IMG/VR virus record: IMGVR_UViG_3300023371_000094
DNA: 64,000 bases
Reading direction: 5' to 3' (one strand)
Source: a virus
Lineage: Duplodnaviria; Heunggongvirae; Uroviricota; Caudoviricetes
Position 1 is the first letter of the stretch; every line of letters begins with the position of its first letter. The notes beneath the pieces were generated by a model. The model was not told the DNA's origin and did no database searches. It was given only the letters and a program-made list of their open reading frames with translations. Shown here piece by piece: positions 10,387 to 19,981 of the stretch. A program made the position numbers and the translations under genes.

Positions 10387-13300
10387 ATGAAAATTACACA
10401 AGAATTGACCTTGGATACCTCTCGTGAAAATGCGTACAAAGTTGTGCACGCAAAGCAGTACGACGAGGATTCAAGATTTTTAAAAGTAACAATCACCACT
10501 CGCGGAGAAGAAATCGACGTTCCTTCTGGCGCAACCGTAGTATTCGGCGTAAAGAGAGCCGACTTGGAAAGCCACGACTTTGCGGGTGTTGTAAACGCCG
10601 ACGGTACCGTTACTGTACCTCTTACGAACTGGATGCTTCAGGTCGCAGGAAAATGCGTTTGTGATGTTTCGATCATCAAGGACGGCGAGAAATTCTCAAC
10701 CTTGAACTTCAGTGTTCTCGTTGAATACGCTCCCACTAACGAAACCGACATCACTGAAGACGAGGGATACGATGTACTTGTCAGCCTCGTTGAGCGCGTT
10801 GAGAATGTTGTTGACCACATCGACGAGCTTGACCAGAGAATTGCAGAGGCAGAGAGTTCTGCTACCGCGGCTGCAGAGTCGGCTGAGGCTGCATCCGAAG
10901 CTCTCTTAAATGCTCAAGACCAGATCGAAGCGGCGCAGGCACTTGCAGATAAAGCGGAAGGTTCTGCGGCAGATGCCCAAAGGTATGCTAACCAAGCTAA
11001 GGGTTACCGCGACGAGTTCGCGGATACCATTGATCAGGTTGCAGATGCAAAGGGCGAGTATGACAGCCTTGACGAGCGTATTACTGCAATGCAGACAGAA
11101 ATCGAGGGCGGCGTTCCCAAAGACATCGAAGTGCGCGAAACCGAAGACGGCAAGGAACTTATGGTTCTTGTTGACGCGGAGGGCGATCCCATTGGAGAGG
11201 GAACTGAACTTCCCGACAGCGGAGCTATGGGACTTGAGTCCGCAACCGTTACAGTTGGCGACGCTGAAATGGTTGAGGTCTGGCTGAAGGATAAAAACGG
11301 CGAAAAGATCGAGGGAAGCGAAACACGCTTTGCCGCAGGTTCTGGTGGCGGAGGTGGCGGTGGTGGTTCAACCACTATTACCGTTGAGAGAATTACACCT
11401 TCCCCTTTGATTATCACACCTACCGACGCGGCAGACATCGAGTTTAACTTCTCGTCTGTGGATACCGACGGACAGACCGTTGACGGTTATTACACTTGGA
11501 AGAATGGCTCGAAGGTTCTTGCAAGCGGTACTCTTAATCAGGGTTACAACAGCTTTGACGCAAGACAACTGCTCGGTCAGGAACTTCCTATCGGTACCAC
11601 AAAGTTCTCACTGACGGTTAACGATGACGCGGGTAGTATGCTTACCCGTATCTGGAACGTTCAGGTCGTAGACATTCGTCTTGAACCTTCCGATGCAAAC
11701 CTTGCAAAGAAGACGTATACCGTTGGAGAAAGTATTCTCTTTAACTATGTTCCTTATGGTTCCGTTGATAAGCGTGTGCACTTCAAGATGGATGGCACAG
11801 AAATTGGCTACGAAGACACTACCGCATCTGGTAGCTCGAAGAGATTTACTATCCCTGCGCAGGCTCACGGCGCTCACTTGTTTGAATGCTACATCACCGC
11901 TTCTATCAGTGGTAAGGATGTAGAAACAGAACACATCTACTACGACCTTGTTTGGTTCGATGAAGATGCTGGAACCCCCGTTATCGGTTGCGCTTATCGT
12001 AACGACCTTTATGGCGCGATTACGCTGAAACAGTTCAATACGATGATTATTCCTTTCTATGTTGTTGATCCCAATACGAGTACGCCCACAATCACAAAAG
12101 AGGTTGACGGCGAAGTTGTTGGCGAGGAAACTCTGGAAAGTTCCGAGGGCGAATGGAGCGTTAAGCTTACCGAGGTTGGCGAGCATCACCTCATCATTCG
12201 TTGCGGTGCTACATACGTTGAGATCGTAATCAATACGACCGATATCGGATTCGACGTCGAAACCGTTGACGGATACGTTTTTGACTTTAACCCCGTTGGA
12301 CGCACCAACAGTAGCGCAAACAGGCTTTGGTCTGACGAAAACAACCCCGCCATCAGTATGAGTGTTTCTGATAACTTCGACTGGCAAAACGGCGGATATC
12401 AGATTAGCAGAGATGAAGAGGGAAATGCTATTCCCGGCGAGGAATATTTCTGCATTAAATCTGGTACATATGCGACAATCAATTACAAGATGTTCGCAAA
12501 GGATGCCAAGGAAAGCGGTTCTGCTTTCAAGGTAATCTTTAAAACTACAAACGTTCGCAAAGACAACGCAAGGTTCCTGACCTGCTCTAACGGCTTGGCG
12601 GACGATAAAGTTGGACTTGTTATGAATGTCCACGAGGCATACATTAACACCAGCGCAGACGAGTTGTATGTTCCTTACAGTGAGGAAGATGCAATCGAGT
12701 TTGAATGTAATATTTGCCCCATTGGGGACGGCGAAGATGTTACTTCCTACATTATGACCTACGAAGACGGCGTTGGCTTGAGACCTTTGCTCTACGATAA
12801 CAACCACGTTATCAAGCAGTACGAGCCTGTCGAAATCGTTATTGGTTCTCCTGACTGCGATGTTTACATCTACAGAATGAGAGCTTATGAGTTCAACTTG
12901 ACGGATAGCGACATTCTTCAGAACTTCATCACTGACGCACGTACTTCTGACGAGATGATTTCTCGCCACGACAGAAACGAAATCTATGATGAAAACGGCA
13001 ACCTTACTCCCGAGATTCTTGCTGAGAGATGCCCTGACTTGAGAATTATCAAAGTTGAGGCTCCTTGGTTTACGAACGACAAGGACAACAAGATTGACGG
13101 CACTACGGTTCAGATGATTTACAAGAACGGAGATCCCGTTCTCGACAACTGGACTTGCACCGGCGCACGCCATTCGGGACAGGGTACATCGTCTAACGAA
13201 TACGGATACGCGGGAAGAAACCTTGACCTTATTATGGACAGAGATACATCACTGTTCACTTTCAGCGACGGTACAACCGGCAAGACAATCACCCTCACAA

Positions 13301-16300
13301 GAGATTCCGTTCCTACCGACTATCTCAACGTTAAGGTTAATATCGCATCTTCTGAGAACGCAAACAATGCGTTGATGGCTAACAGATATAACACATTCAA
13401 CCCCTTCAAGCGTTCAGCGAAGGTCGCAGACTCCAAGGTTAAAGACTGTATGGAGTTCCACAACTGCGTAGTTTTCATCAGAGAAGCTGACGAAGACCTT
13501 AGCACTCACAGAGAGTTCAATGATACTAACTGGCATTTCTATGCATTTGGTAATGTGGGCGACTCTAAGAAGACGGACGATACTCGTGTAAACGACAAGA
13601 ACGATCCCAAAGAGTGCGTAATCGAAATCACAGACTACAACGTTGCTCTCGCAGAGTTCCCGACAGGTTACGGCAATGCTATCTGTACTCCCGCAAACTG
13701 GAAGGCTGGAAACACCGCTTACGACGATCTCTATGCTCCTTATAAATATAAGGAAGGAGAATTCAAGTCCTTTGGTAACGGTTCTTACGAGTTCCGCTAT
13801 GAGAAGAAGGGCATTACAGACGAGGAAAGACAAGCCAATATCGACGCTTGGAGAGACTTCTATAAGTTCGTAGTTACTTCTACGGATGAAGAATTCCACG
13901 ATAACCTTGAGAATTACTTCGTAGTTGATTCTGCGCTTTATTACTACCTGTTTACCGAGCGCTATACGATGGTTGATAACCGTGCAAAGAACAGCTTCTG
14001 GCACTACGGAAAGTGCGACGATGGCGTTTACAGATGGGATTTGACCTTCGGATACGACTTTGATACCTCTCTGGGTATTGACAACACCGGTAAGCTTGTG
14101 TTGCCTTATGGTAAAGAAGACGTTGACTTCTACGTTGACGGAGATCCTTCATCTTCTTATATCTACAGAGCTGCGGAAAGCAAGTTCTTCTGCAGAATCC
14201 GCGACCTCTTCAAGACAGAGCTTATGGCTATGTATGTTAACCGCGAAGACGTTAACGCTTGGAGCTCTAACGGACTTATCACTCAATGGGATAACTCTCA
14301 GAACCAATTCCCCGAGGAATTGTGGAGAATTGACATTGAGCGTAAGTACCTTCGTACTTACAAAGGTGTTTCTATCGATAACAGTATCGCAGGCGCTTCT
14401 AACCCTCGTTTCTTCAGAGAAATGATGAACGGTAGAAAGAAGTATCAGCGTAGACAATTTGAGAGAAACCAAGAAATCTACTTCGCAACTAAGTATTTTG
14501 GTAAGACGGCAACGGCTGACCAGATAATGTTGCGTTTCAATAACCCTGTTGGCGCAGTAGTTCCCAAGGACTTCACGCTCTATCTGACTCCTTATTCCGA
14601 TATGTATATCGGCTTCAGCTTCTACAACGGACACAAGGATAACGTAAGAGCAAAGGCTGGCGTTGAATACACCATTCCTTATCCCGAAGGACTCGAAGCT
14701 GCGGATATTACGCTGATCTACGGTGCATCGTTCATTCAAGGCATCGGCGACCTTTCCAAGTGTTATGTCGGCGATAACGACTTCTCTAAGGCATCGCGCT
14801 TGCAGAGACTTACGATTGGTAGTACGACCGCAGGCTACACCAACACATTTATGACTACTCTCGCGCTTGGTAACAACAAGTTGCTTGAGTATCTGGACAT
14901 CAGAAATATGACAGGTTTGAACTCTATCGTTGACTTGACGAAGTGTTATAACCTTCTTGAGCTGTATGCCGAGGGTTCTTCTATCAGCGGCGTTGCATTC
15001 GCTAAAAACGGTAAGGTAACAACGGCGCATCTGCCTGACACTATCAACACGTTGAGAATGCAGAACCTCCAGAACCTTACGGACTTCCAGATGTCTACGG
15101 ACAGTCTTCAGCACTTGACTATTGAACATTCGTTGATTGACGAAAAGACGATGGTTGAGAAATCGGTTGATACGCTGAGAACCTTGACGCTCGCAGGTAT
15201 CGACTGGACGGGCGATAATGCTTTGGCGACCACTGAGTTGCTGAATGACATTTTCGACCTCAATGAATCAAGTCTCTCGGGACAAGTCTACATCAGCGGA
15301 CAGGTAAGAAGCCAAGAATTGGCGAACTACGAGGAAGCTTGGGACGGTCTCGTTGTAAGATATAACTCCGCTAACCTTATCGAACAGTATAAAGTAACAT
15401 ACGTTGATGATACTGGCACAGAGCTTTGTTCCTGCTATGTAGATAGAGGACAGACTCCGCCTGATCCTGTTGCAACAGGACTTCTTGACGATGTTCCCAC
15501 TAAGGCAAGCACGCCTCAGTACAGCTATGCTTTCGCATCTTGGAATGAGCTTACAAGCCCCGTTCTGGAAGCAAGAGTTGTTACTGCTGTATTTACTGCT
15601 ACCGTTCGCACTTATACCGTCGCTTGGTATGATGCTGAAGGTGGCTTGAAGCTTGACGAGCAAACCGTGGAATACGGTTCCGATGCGGTTTATGCAGGAG
15701 AAACGCCCGCAAACGAATTCGATACGAGCGTATATTCGGGTAAGATGTTTGCAGGTTGGGATAAGAGCACAGGTTATGTGCGCGGTAATATGAGTGTATA
15801 TGCCGTTTGGGAGGTAGCAAATCTGCCTTCTGCCGGCACGAAAGACCTTAGCGAAATGAACGTTGCAGAAATCTATGCGGTGGCAACTGCTGCGGCAAAC
15901 GGACTTGCAAACGTTGACGAATACTTCGTTGATAAGGACTATCACGATATTACTATGGGTACGGACTTGAATTTCTCGAACATCGAGAGCAAGGAAATCG
16001 TACCTGTTGATACGCCTCTTGTTTTGGACGGAGAAACTGCTATTGACACAGATGTATATCTGTTCGGCGACAACGAGAAATCCTTCACGATGGCTATCGA
16101 CTTCACTTATGCGTGCGACTCTACCGATACCAATGCAACCCTTGTATCTGCTTTCGAGGAAGAGGGAAGCGAAGGATTCAGGCTGAGGTTCAATAGCTAT
16201 CCGAGCATTCAGTGGGGCGACAAATCTCAGATTGTAGGTAACTACGTAAGCTCGAAGCACTATCGTGATATTGTTGTTATCAGACACCGCGCTGGTGAAA

Positions 16301-17292
16301 ACCATCTCTATGTATATAGCGGTTGTCAGACCACTAACGGTAACGGCGCAAGGTTTGCGGATGCAATCACTCGTACTCTTCTTACGAGAACCAGAGCCAC
16401 TGCTACCAATGTACCGGTTACTCTCGGTGCGGTTAGATATGGTGACGGCGGATGCGACTATTACGCCAAGGGTATTATCCACTGGTGTAAGGTTTGGTAC
16501 GATGACCTTGGAGAAACCAATGCATACGAATTAGCATCTTGGTGTCGTGAGCCTTTGAGAATGGAATTCTGTGGTACGGATAGATACAGACTTGCAGGAA
16601 CAGGAACGAGCGCGAAAGCAAAGATTTCGCTTATAGCGAACAACCTGCTTGACGGTCGTGGATACTGGATGAACAGCACGAACACTAACGCAGGCGGTTG
16701 GGATGCGAGCTTGATGCGTACATTCTGTAATACGCGCCTTGTCAATGCACTTCCTATTCAGTGGCGTAACATACTTAAGACGGTTAAGATTAGCGCGAGC
16801 GCGGGTAGTCAGTCTACCGAGATTGTTATTTCGGAAGACAAGATTTACCTTGCAGCTAACAGAGAAGTCGGCGGTTATACAACCGAACCTTATGCGAGCG
16901 AAGGTACTGCTATCTCGTGGTTTACGAGCAATGGTAGACGTTTGAAATTCAGAGGTCGTATGGTCGAGGATGATGCTACCTTCTATAGCGCGGCAGATGA
17001 TCCCAGTTTGGATCCCGCGAATGACGTCAAAGAGGGAGATATTTGGATCAATACGAGCAATGACTCTATTGGTTATATGTACCTCACTCAGGCGGAATTG
17101 GATAAGTATAATCTAACCCCGAACTTTACGGCATCTATCGGAGGCGGATGGATTATTGCCAGTGGCTGGTGGGGGCGCTCTCCGTATGCGAGCAACTCCA
17201 CGCACTTTATGCTTGTCTACGGCTACGGTGGCGCCAGCAGCTACAACGGCGCGTACGGCGTCTATGGCGTGTGCCCCTGCTTCTCAATCTAA
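10387..17292 (+). CDS. Giant baseplate/receptor-binding protein (2301 aa): BppU-like N-terminal domain, Ala-rich coiled coil, poly-Gly linker, central CotH-like domain, C-terminal C-type-lectin-fold DGR variable region. Target gene of DGR-1.
   Basis: N-terminus MKITQELTLDTSRENAYKVVHAKQYDEDSRFLKV resembles the baseplate upper protein BppU_N family; GSGGGGGGGGS linker at nt 11341-11370; segment DNRAKNSFWHYGKCDDGVYRWDLTFGYDFDTSLG resembles the CotH NxxxN..Y.Y...WDxDxxFG signature; the C-terminal 45 codons are the VR matching TR-1. Confidence 0.85.
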   Translation: MKITQELTLDTSRENAYKVVHAKQYDEDSRFLKVTITTRGEEIDVPSGATVVFGVKRADLESHDFAGVVNADGTVTVPLTNWMLQVAGKCVCDVSIIKDGEKFSTLNFSVLVEYAPTNETDITEDEGYDVLVSLVERVENVVDHIDELDQRIAEAESSATAAAESAEAASEALLNAQDQIEAAQALADKAEGSAADAQRYANQAKGYRDEFADTIDQVADAKGEYDSLDERITAMQTEIEGGVPKDIEVRETEDGKELMVLVDAEGDPIGEGTELPDSGAMGLESATVTVGDAEMVEVWLKDKNGEKIEGSETRFAAGSGGGGGGGGSTTITVERITPSPLIITPTDAADIEFNFSSVDTDGQTVDGYYTWKNGSKVLASGTLNQGYNSFDARQLLGQELPIGTTKFSLTVNDDAGSMLTRIWNVQVVDIRLEPSDANLAKKTYTVGESILFNYVPYGSVDKRVHFKMDGTEIGYEDTTASGSSKRFTIPAQAHGAHLFECYITASISGKDVETEHIYYDLVWFDEDAGTPVIGCAYRNDLYGAITLKQFNTMIIPFYVVDPNTSTPTITKEVDGEVVGEETLESSEGEWSVKLTEVGEHHLIIRCGATYVEIVINTTDIGFDVETVDGYVFDFNPVGRTNSSANRLWSDENNPAISMSVSDNFDWQNGGYQISRDEEGNAIPGEEYFCIKSGTYATINYKMFAKDAKESGSAFKVIFKTTNVRKDNARFLTCSNGLADDKVGLVMNVHEAYINTSADELYVPYSEEDAIEFECNICPIGDGEDVTSYIMTYEDGVGLRPLLYDNNHVIKQYEPVEIVIGSPDCDVYIYRMRAYEFNLTDSDILQNFITDARTSDEMISRHDRNEIYDENGNLTPEILAERCPDLRIIKVEAPWFTNDKDNKIDGTTVQMIYKNGDPVLDNWTCTGARHSGQGTSSNEYGYAGRNLDLIMDRDTSLFTFSDGTTGKTITLTRDSVPTDYLNVKVNIASSENANNALMANRYNTFNPFKRSAKVADSKVKDCMEFHNCVVFIREADEDLSTHREFNDTNWHFYAFGNVGDSKKTDDTRVNDKNDPKECVIEITDYNVALAEFPTGYGNAICTPANWKAGNTAYDDLYAPYKYKEGEFKSFGNGSYEFRYEKKGITDEERQANIDAWRDFYKFVVTSTDEEFHDNLENYFVVDSALYYYLFTERYTMVDNRAKNSFWHYGKCDDGVYRWDLTFGYDFDTSLGIDNTGKLVLPYGKEDVDFYVDGDPSSSYIYRAAESKFFCRIRDLFKTELMAMYVNREDVNAWSSNGLITQWDNSQNQFPEELWRIDIERKYLRTYKGVSIDNSIAGASNPRFFREMMNGRKKYQRRQFERNQEIYFATKYFGKTATADQIMLRFNNPVGAVVPKDFTLYLTPYSDMYIGFSFYNGHKDNVRAKAGVEYTIPYPEGLEAADITLIYGASFIQGIGDLSKCYVGDNDFSKASRLQRLTIGSTTAGYTNTFMTTLALGNNKLLEYLDIRNMTGLNSIVDLTKCYNLLELYAEGSSISGVAFAKNGKVTTAHLPDTINTLRMQNLQNLTDFQMSTDSLQHLTIEHSLIDEKTMVEKSVDTLRTLTLAGIDWTGDNALATTELLNDIFDLNESSLSGQVYISGQVRSQELANYEEAWDGLVVRYNSANLIEQYKVTYVDDTGTELCSCYVDRGQTPPDPVATGLLDDVPTKASTPQYSYAFASWNELTSPVLEARVVTAVFTATVRTYTVAWYDAEGGLKLDEQTVEYGSDAVYAGETPANEFDTSVYSGKMFAGWDKSTGYVRGNMSVYAVWEVANLPSAGTKDLSEMNVAEIYAVATAAANGLANVDEYFVDKDYHDITMGTDLNFSNIESKEIVPVDTPLVLDGETAIDTDVYLFGDNEKSFTMAIDFTYACDSTDTNATLVSAFEEEGSEGFRLRFNSYPSIQWGDKSQIVGNYVSSKHYRDIVVIRHRAGENHLYVYSGCQTTNGNGARFADAITRTLLTRTRATATNVPVTLGAVRYGDGGCDYYAKGIIHWCKVWYDDLGETNAYELASWCREPLRMEFCGTDRYRLAGTGTSAKAKISLIANNLLDGRGYWMNSTNTNAGGWDASLMRTFCNTRLVNALPIQWRNILKTVKISASAGSQSTEIVISEDKIYLAANREVGGYTTEPYASEGTAISWFTSNGRRLKFRGRMVEDDATFYSAADDPSLDPANDVKEGDIWINTSNDSIGYMYLTQAELDKYNLTPNFTASIGGGWIIASGWWGRSPYASNSTHFMLVYGYGGASSYNGAYGVYGVCPCFSI
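17152..17287 (+). repeat. DGR-1 variable region (VR) at the 3' end of the giant RBP gene
   Basis: 136-bp match to TR (18261..18396); about 23 differences, every one at a TR adenine (e.g. TR aac to VR ggc/tac/agc/cac; gag to ggg; aat to tat/ctt; tga to tgc); a hairpin ctcgac-ttcggt-gtcgag at 17314..17331 lies just downstream. Confidence 0.9.
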
Positions 17293-17436
17293 AGCGGATA
17301 GGCAACATATAAATTCTCGACTTCGGTGTCGAGCGTAAAATAAACAGCTATCAATTGGTGGCAAGCTATCAGAAATATCTGGTGGCTTGCCCACCAGTAA
17401 TGCTGTCATAAATAAGGAAGAAAAGGAAAATAAAAA

Positions 17437-18231
17437 ATGTCGGTTTTAAAAAGCAGGAGAACACTATCGAAATTTGAATTCGAACATACTTTCGCAACAT
17501 TCTATCAATTTTCTGCCGAAAGAATGGCGTCCGTCGCCAAGCGCAGGCACAGATGGATTTGTTGGAAGATGGAAGTCAAGCTCAATAAGATATTCAACGA
17601 GCTGATGGAAATTAACGAAGGCTATTTCGAGAGTGCGACCAAAAGAGAAGAGATAGATGAAATAATCAAAACAGCAATAGAAGATCTGAGAGATCTCGAA
17701 AAGCCGATGATGGTGTTTTGGAATATCGAACAATACGAAATCAGACGAATGGTGGCGTGGGCATCGATGCTGAATGCAGAAATAGATATACTATCTTCAA
17801 TGCGAAGCACAGTAGCCCCAGCCGAGAAGGTACAGGTTTTAGATTGGAGAACGATTTTGAATGTAAAGTTTTTAAGCAACATTTTCGAGCTTCACCGAAT
17901 AATCCACGGCAAGGTAGTAAGGGTTCCAAGTAAGTACGATGATACCTATTCATCTTTGCTGATTGATTTGATTGATGAGGCGTTGTATTCCTTAGTTAAG
18001 GCAAACCGAAAAATGCCGACGACAAAGAAGGAATACGATACAAGAAAGAAACACATCTCCAACGCCATATCCTGCTTAAGAAAAATGCAACGACCACTTG
18101 TGTTTTTCTTTAACGTGATGGGATACAGCGAGCGATCTTTGAATGAAATATCTGAAAAAATCAGTGAAGAGTTGAAGATGCTGTATGCTTTGAATAAATC
18201 AGATAAGACCAGATTTGGAAAGCTTGAATAA
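17437..18231 (+). CDS. avd: Avd-like accessory variability determinant of DGR-1 (264 aa, about twice the usual Avd size)
   Basis: Sits between VR and TR; basic helical protein; N-terminus MSVLKSRR matches the MSVLKKDR of the 137-aa Avd-like protein upstream of RT-2. Confidence 0.55.
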   Translation: MSVLKSRRTLSKFEFEHTFATFYQFSAERMASVAKRRHRWICWKMEVKLNKIFNELMEINEGYFESATKREEIDEIIKTAIEDLRDLEKPMMVFWNIEQYEIRRMVAWASMLNAEIDILSSMRSTVAPAEKVQVLDWRTILNVKFLSNIFELHRIIHGKVVRVPSKYDDTYSSLLIDLIDEALYSLVKANRKMPTTKKEYDTRKKHISNAISCLRKMQRPLVFFFNVMGYSERSLNEISEKISEELKMLYALNKSDKTRFGKLE

Positions 18232-18260
18232 TAAATAAATTTGGGTTGGTTATATTCTGC

Positions 18261-18396
18261 ATTATTGCCAGTAACTGGTGGGAGCGCTCTCCGAATGCGA
18301 GCAACTCCACGAACTTTATGAATGTCAACAACAACGGTAACGCCAACAACAACAACAACGCGAACAACGTCAATGGCGTGTGCCCCTGATTCTCAT
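18261..18396 (+). repeat. DGR-1 template repeat (TR), adenine-rich (about 20 AAC codons in the VR frame)
   Basis: Non-coding, between avd and RT; identical to VR except at adenines; ends with ggcgtgtgcccctgattctca (the IMH-like 3' end shared with VR). Confidence 0.9.
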
Positions 18397-18691
18397 ACAT
18401 TAAGTAGCTATGAATAAGAGTGAACGCTTTATCTATAAAGGTATGGATGAGAAGGAGAATATGACCATCTGTTAGGAATAACAGTAAATATTACATCTGC
18501 TTGTGTTAAAGCAGGTATGCTTTGATAGCATTCTCGGTTTATCGGGTGGATCGCTAACGTGCATGGATCAGTCATTGGTTATTGGACTGGTTTCTTTACA
18601 TACCCAGATAAACGCGCGATTGATATAATAACCGAACATAATAATCGACGAGAGGAAAATCGATATATTATAAGGATTTAAAAAGGTTTTT

Positions 18692-19981
18692 ATGGATAAT
18701 TACGGACGAATACAAGTAAGGATAGCCCGTGATAAAGCAAGGAGACGGGCAAAAAAGGAAAGAATGAACGCCGAATACGATAATTTTGACAAGGTTATCC
18801 GAGTGCAGAATTACGTTGAGGCATTGAACAAATGTCGGAAAGGAGTCGCTTGGAAAGGTACAGTTCAGGAGTATCTCCAGAATGGAGTCACTGAAATGCA
18901 CAAAGTAACGACAGCGCTTAAAAAGGGAGAGATTCCTAAGCTGGCGAGTAGTAGACGAATTGAAATCTATGAAAGAGGCAAGAAGAGAATTATTGTTCCG
19001 GTTACTATTAAAGATAGAATGACACAGCGCGTTCTATGCGACAAAGCGTTGACTCCCGTTTTATGCAGGTCGTTGATTTACGACAACGGAGCCAGTCTTG
19101 CAGGAAAGGGCGTAGAATTTACGCGCGACAGGCTGGAATTTCATTTAAGACGTGCCATTGCGGAATACGGGAACGATTTTCACGCTCTTGTTTTTGATTT
19201 CAAGAGCTTTTTCGACAGCATACCTCATCGAACTTGCTGGAAGGTTTTGAACGAACACTTCGAAGATGAGCGTATTAAGAAATTAGTTATGAACATAATT
19301 TGCTCCTATCAAGAGCCAGAGATAATGGAAATACAGGATAGGAGAGAAAGGGAAGAAAAGCTGAGGATATTACATAGCTTTCAAGGGAAGGGCATTTGCT
19401 TGGGAAGTCAAATATCTCAGGTGATGGCTTTATCCGTCCCCAGCAAATTAGATCATTTTATTAAGGATAAGATGCGCGTGAAGCATTATATCCGATATAT
19501 GGATGACGGAGTTATTTTCTCGAACGATAAAGAGTTCTTACACGAGCTTCGTGCGAAAATGCGCGAGGTGGCAACTGAACTCGGTCTTACGTTCAACGAG
19601 AGAAAGACTCGTGTCGTCAGAATATCCAGAGGCTTTACCTTTATGAAGGTAAGATACTGGGTGACATCAGAAGGGAAAGTAATAAAGAAGCTGACGCGCT
19701 CGGGCATCACACGAATGCGCCGGAAGCTTAAAAAGTTAGCACGCTTGGTAAAGAACGGAACGATAACACTTGATGATGTGTATAACTCAATGCAGTCGTG
19801 GGTAGCACATTCAAAAGTTGCAAGGTCGTACCACACTTTAAGAAGTATGCTGAGCTTATATTACAAGCTCTTTGGTGGGTATAAGTCCCACAGAAAATAT
19901 ACGAAACAAGGATGGGTTAAAAATGAAATTTTACAAAATGATAAATGGCGAGAATTTCGTTGGAATTGGAACGTCGCTTGA
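18692..19981 (+). CDS. DGR reverse transcriptase (RT-1)
   Basis: RT motifs including LGSQISQ (the DGR-specific SQ in motif 4) and YMDD (RYMDDGVIF); about 300 bp downstream of TR-1. Confidence 0.9.
   Translation: MDNYGRIQVRIARDKARRRAKKERMNAEYDNFDKVIRVQNYVEALNKCRKGVAWKGTVQEYLQNGVTEMHKVTTALKKGEIPKLASSRRIEIYERGKKRIIVPVTIKDRMTQRVLCDKALTPVLCRSLIYDNGASLAGKGVEFTRDRLEFHLRRAIAEYGNDFHALVFDFKSFFDSIPHRTCWKVLNEHFEDERIKKLVMNIICSYQEPEIMEIQDRREREEKLRILHSFQGKGICLGSQISQVMALSVPSKLDHFIKDKMRVKHYIRYMDDGVIFSNDKEFLHELRAKMREVATELGLTFNERKTRVVRISRGFTFMKVRYWVTSEGKVIKKLTRSGITRMRRKLKKLARLVKNGTITLDDVYNSMQSWVAHSKVARSYHTLRSMLSLYYKLFGGYKSHRKYTKQGWVKNEILQNDKWREFRWNWNVA

Noticed and set aside
11330-11380. tggcggtggtggttcaacc, considered as a VR-2 seed because it shares tggcggtg with TR-2
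   Set aside because: The match does not extend and fails at non-A positions; it is simply the poly-Gly linker.
11608-13173. 521-aa minus-strand ORF (also 14149..15129, 15268..16482 and 13414..14004) inside the giant RBP gene
   Set aside because: Antisense to a 6.9-kb gene with strong protein-like content. These are low-complexity translations with no RBS or homology; long genes produce such antisense ORFs by chance.
18161-18400. 79-aa minus-strand ORF overlapping TR-1
   Set aside because: It overlaps the template repeat and a poly-AAC tract; it is a Leu-rich artefact of the antisense strand.
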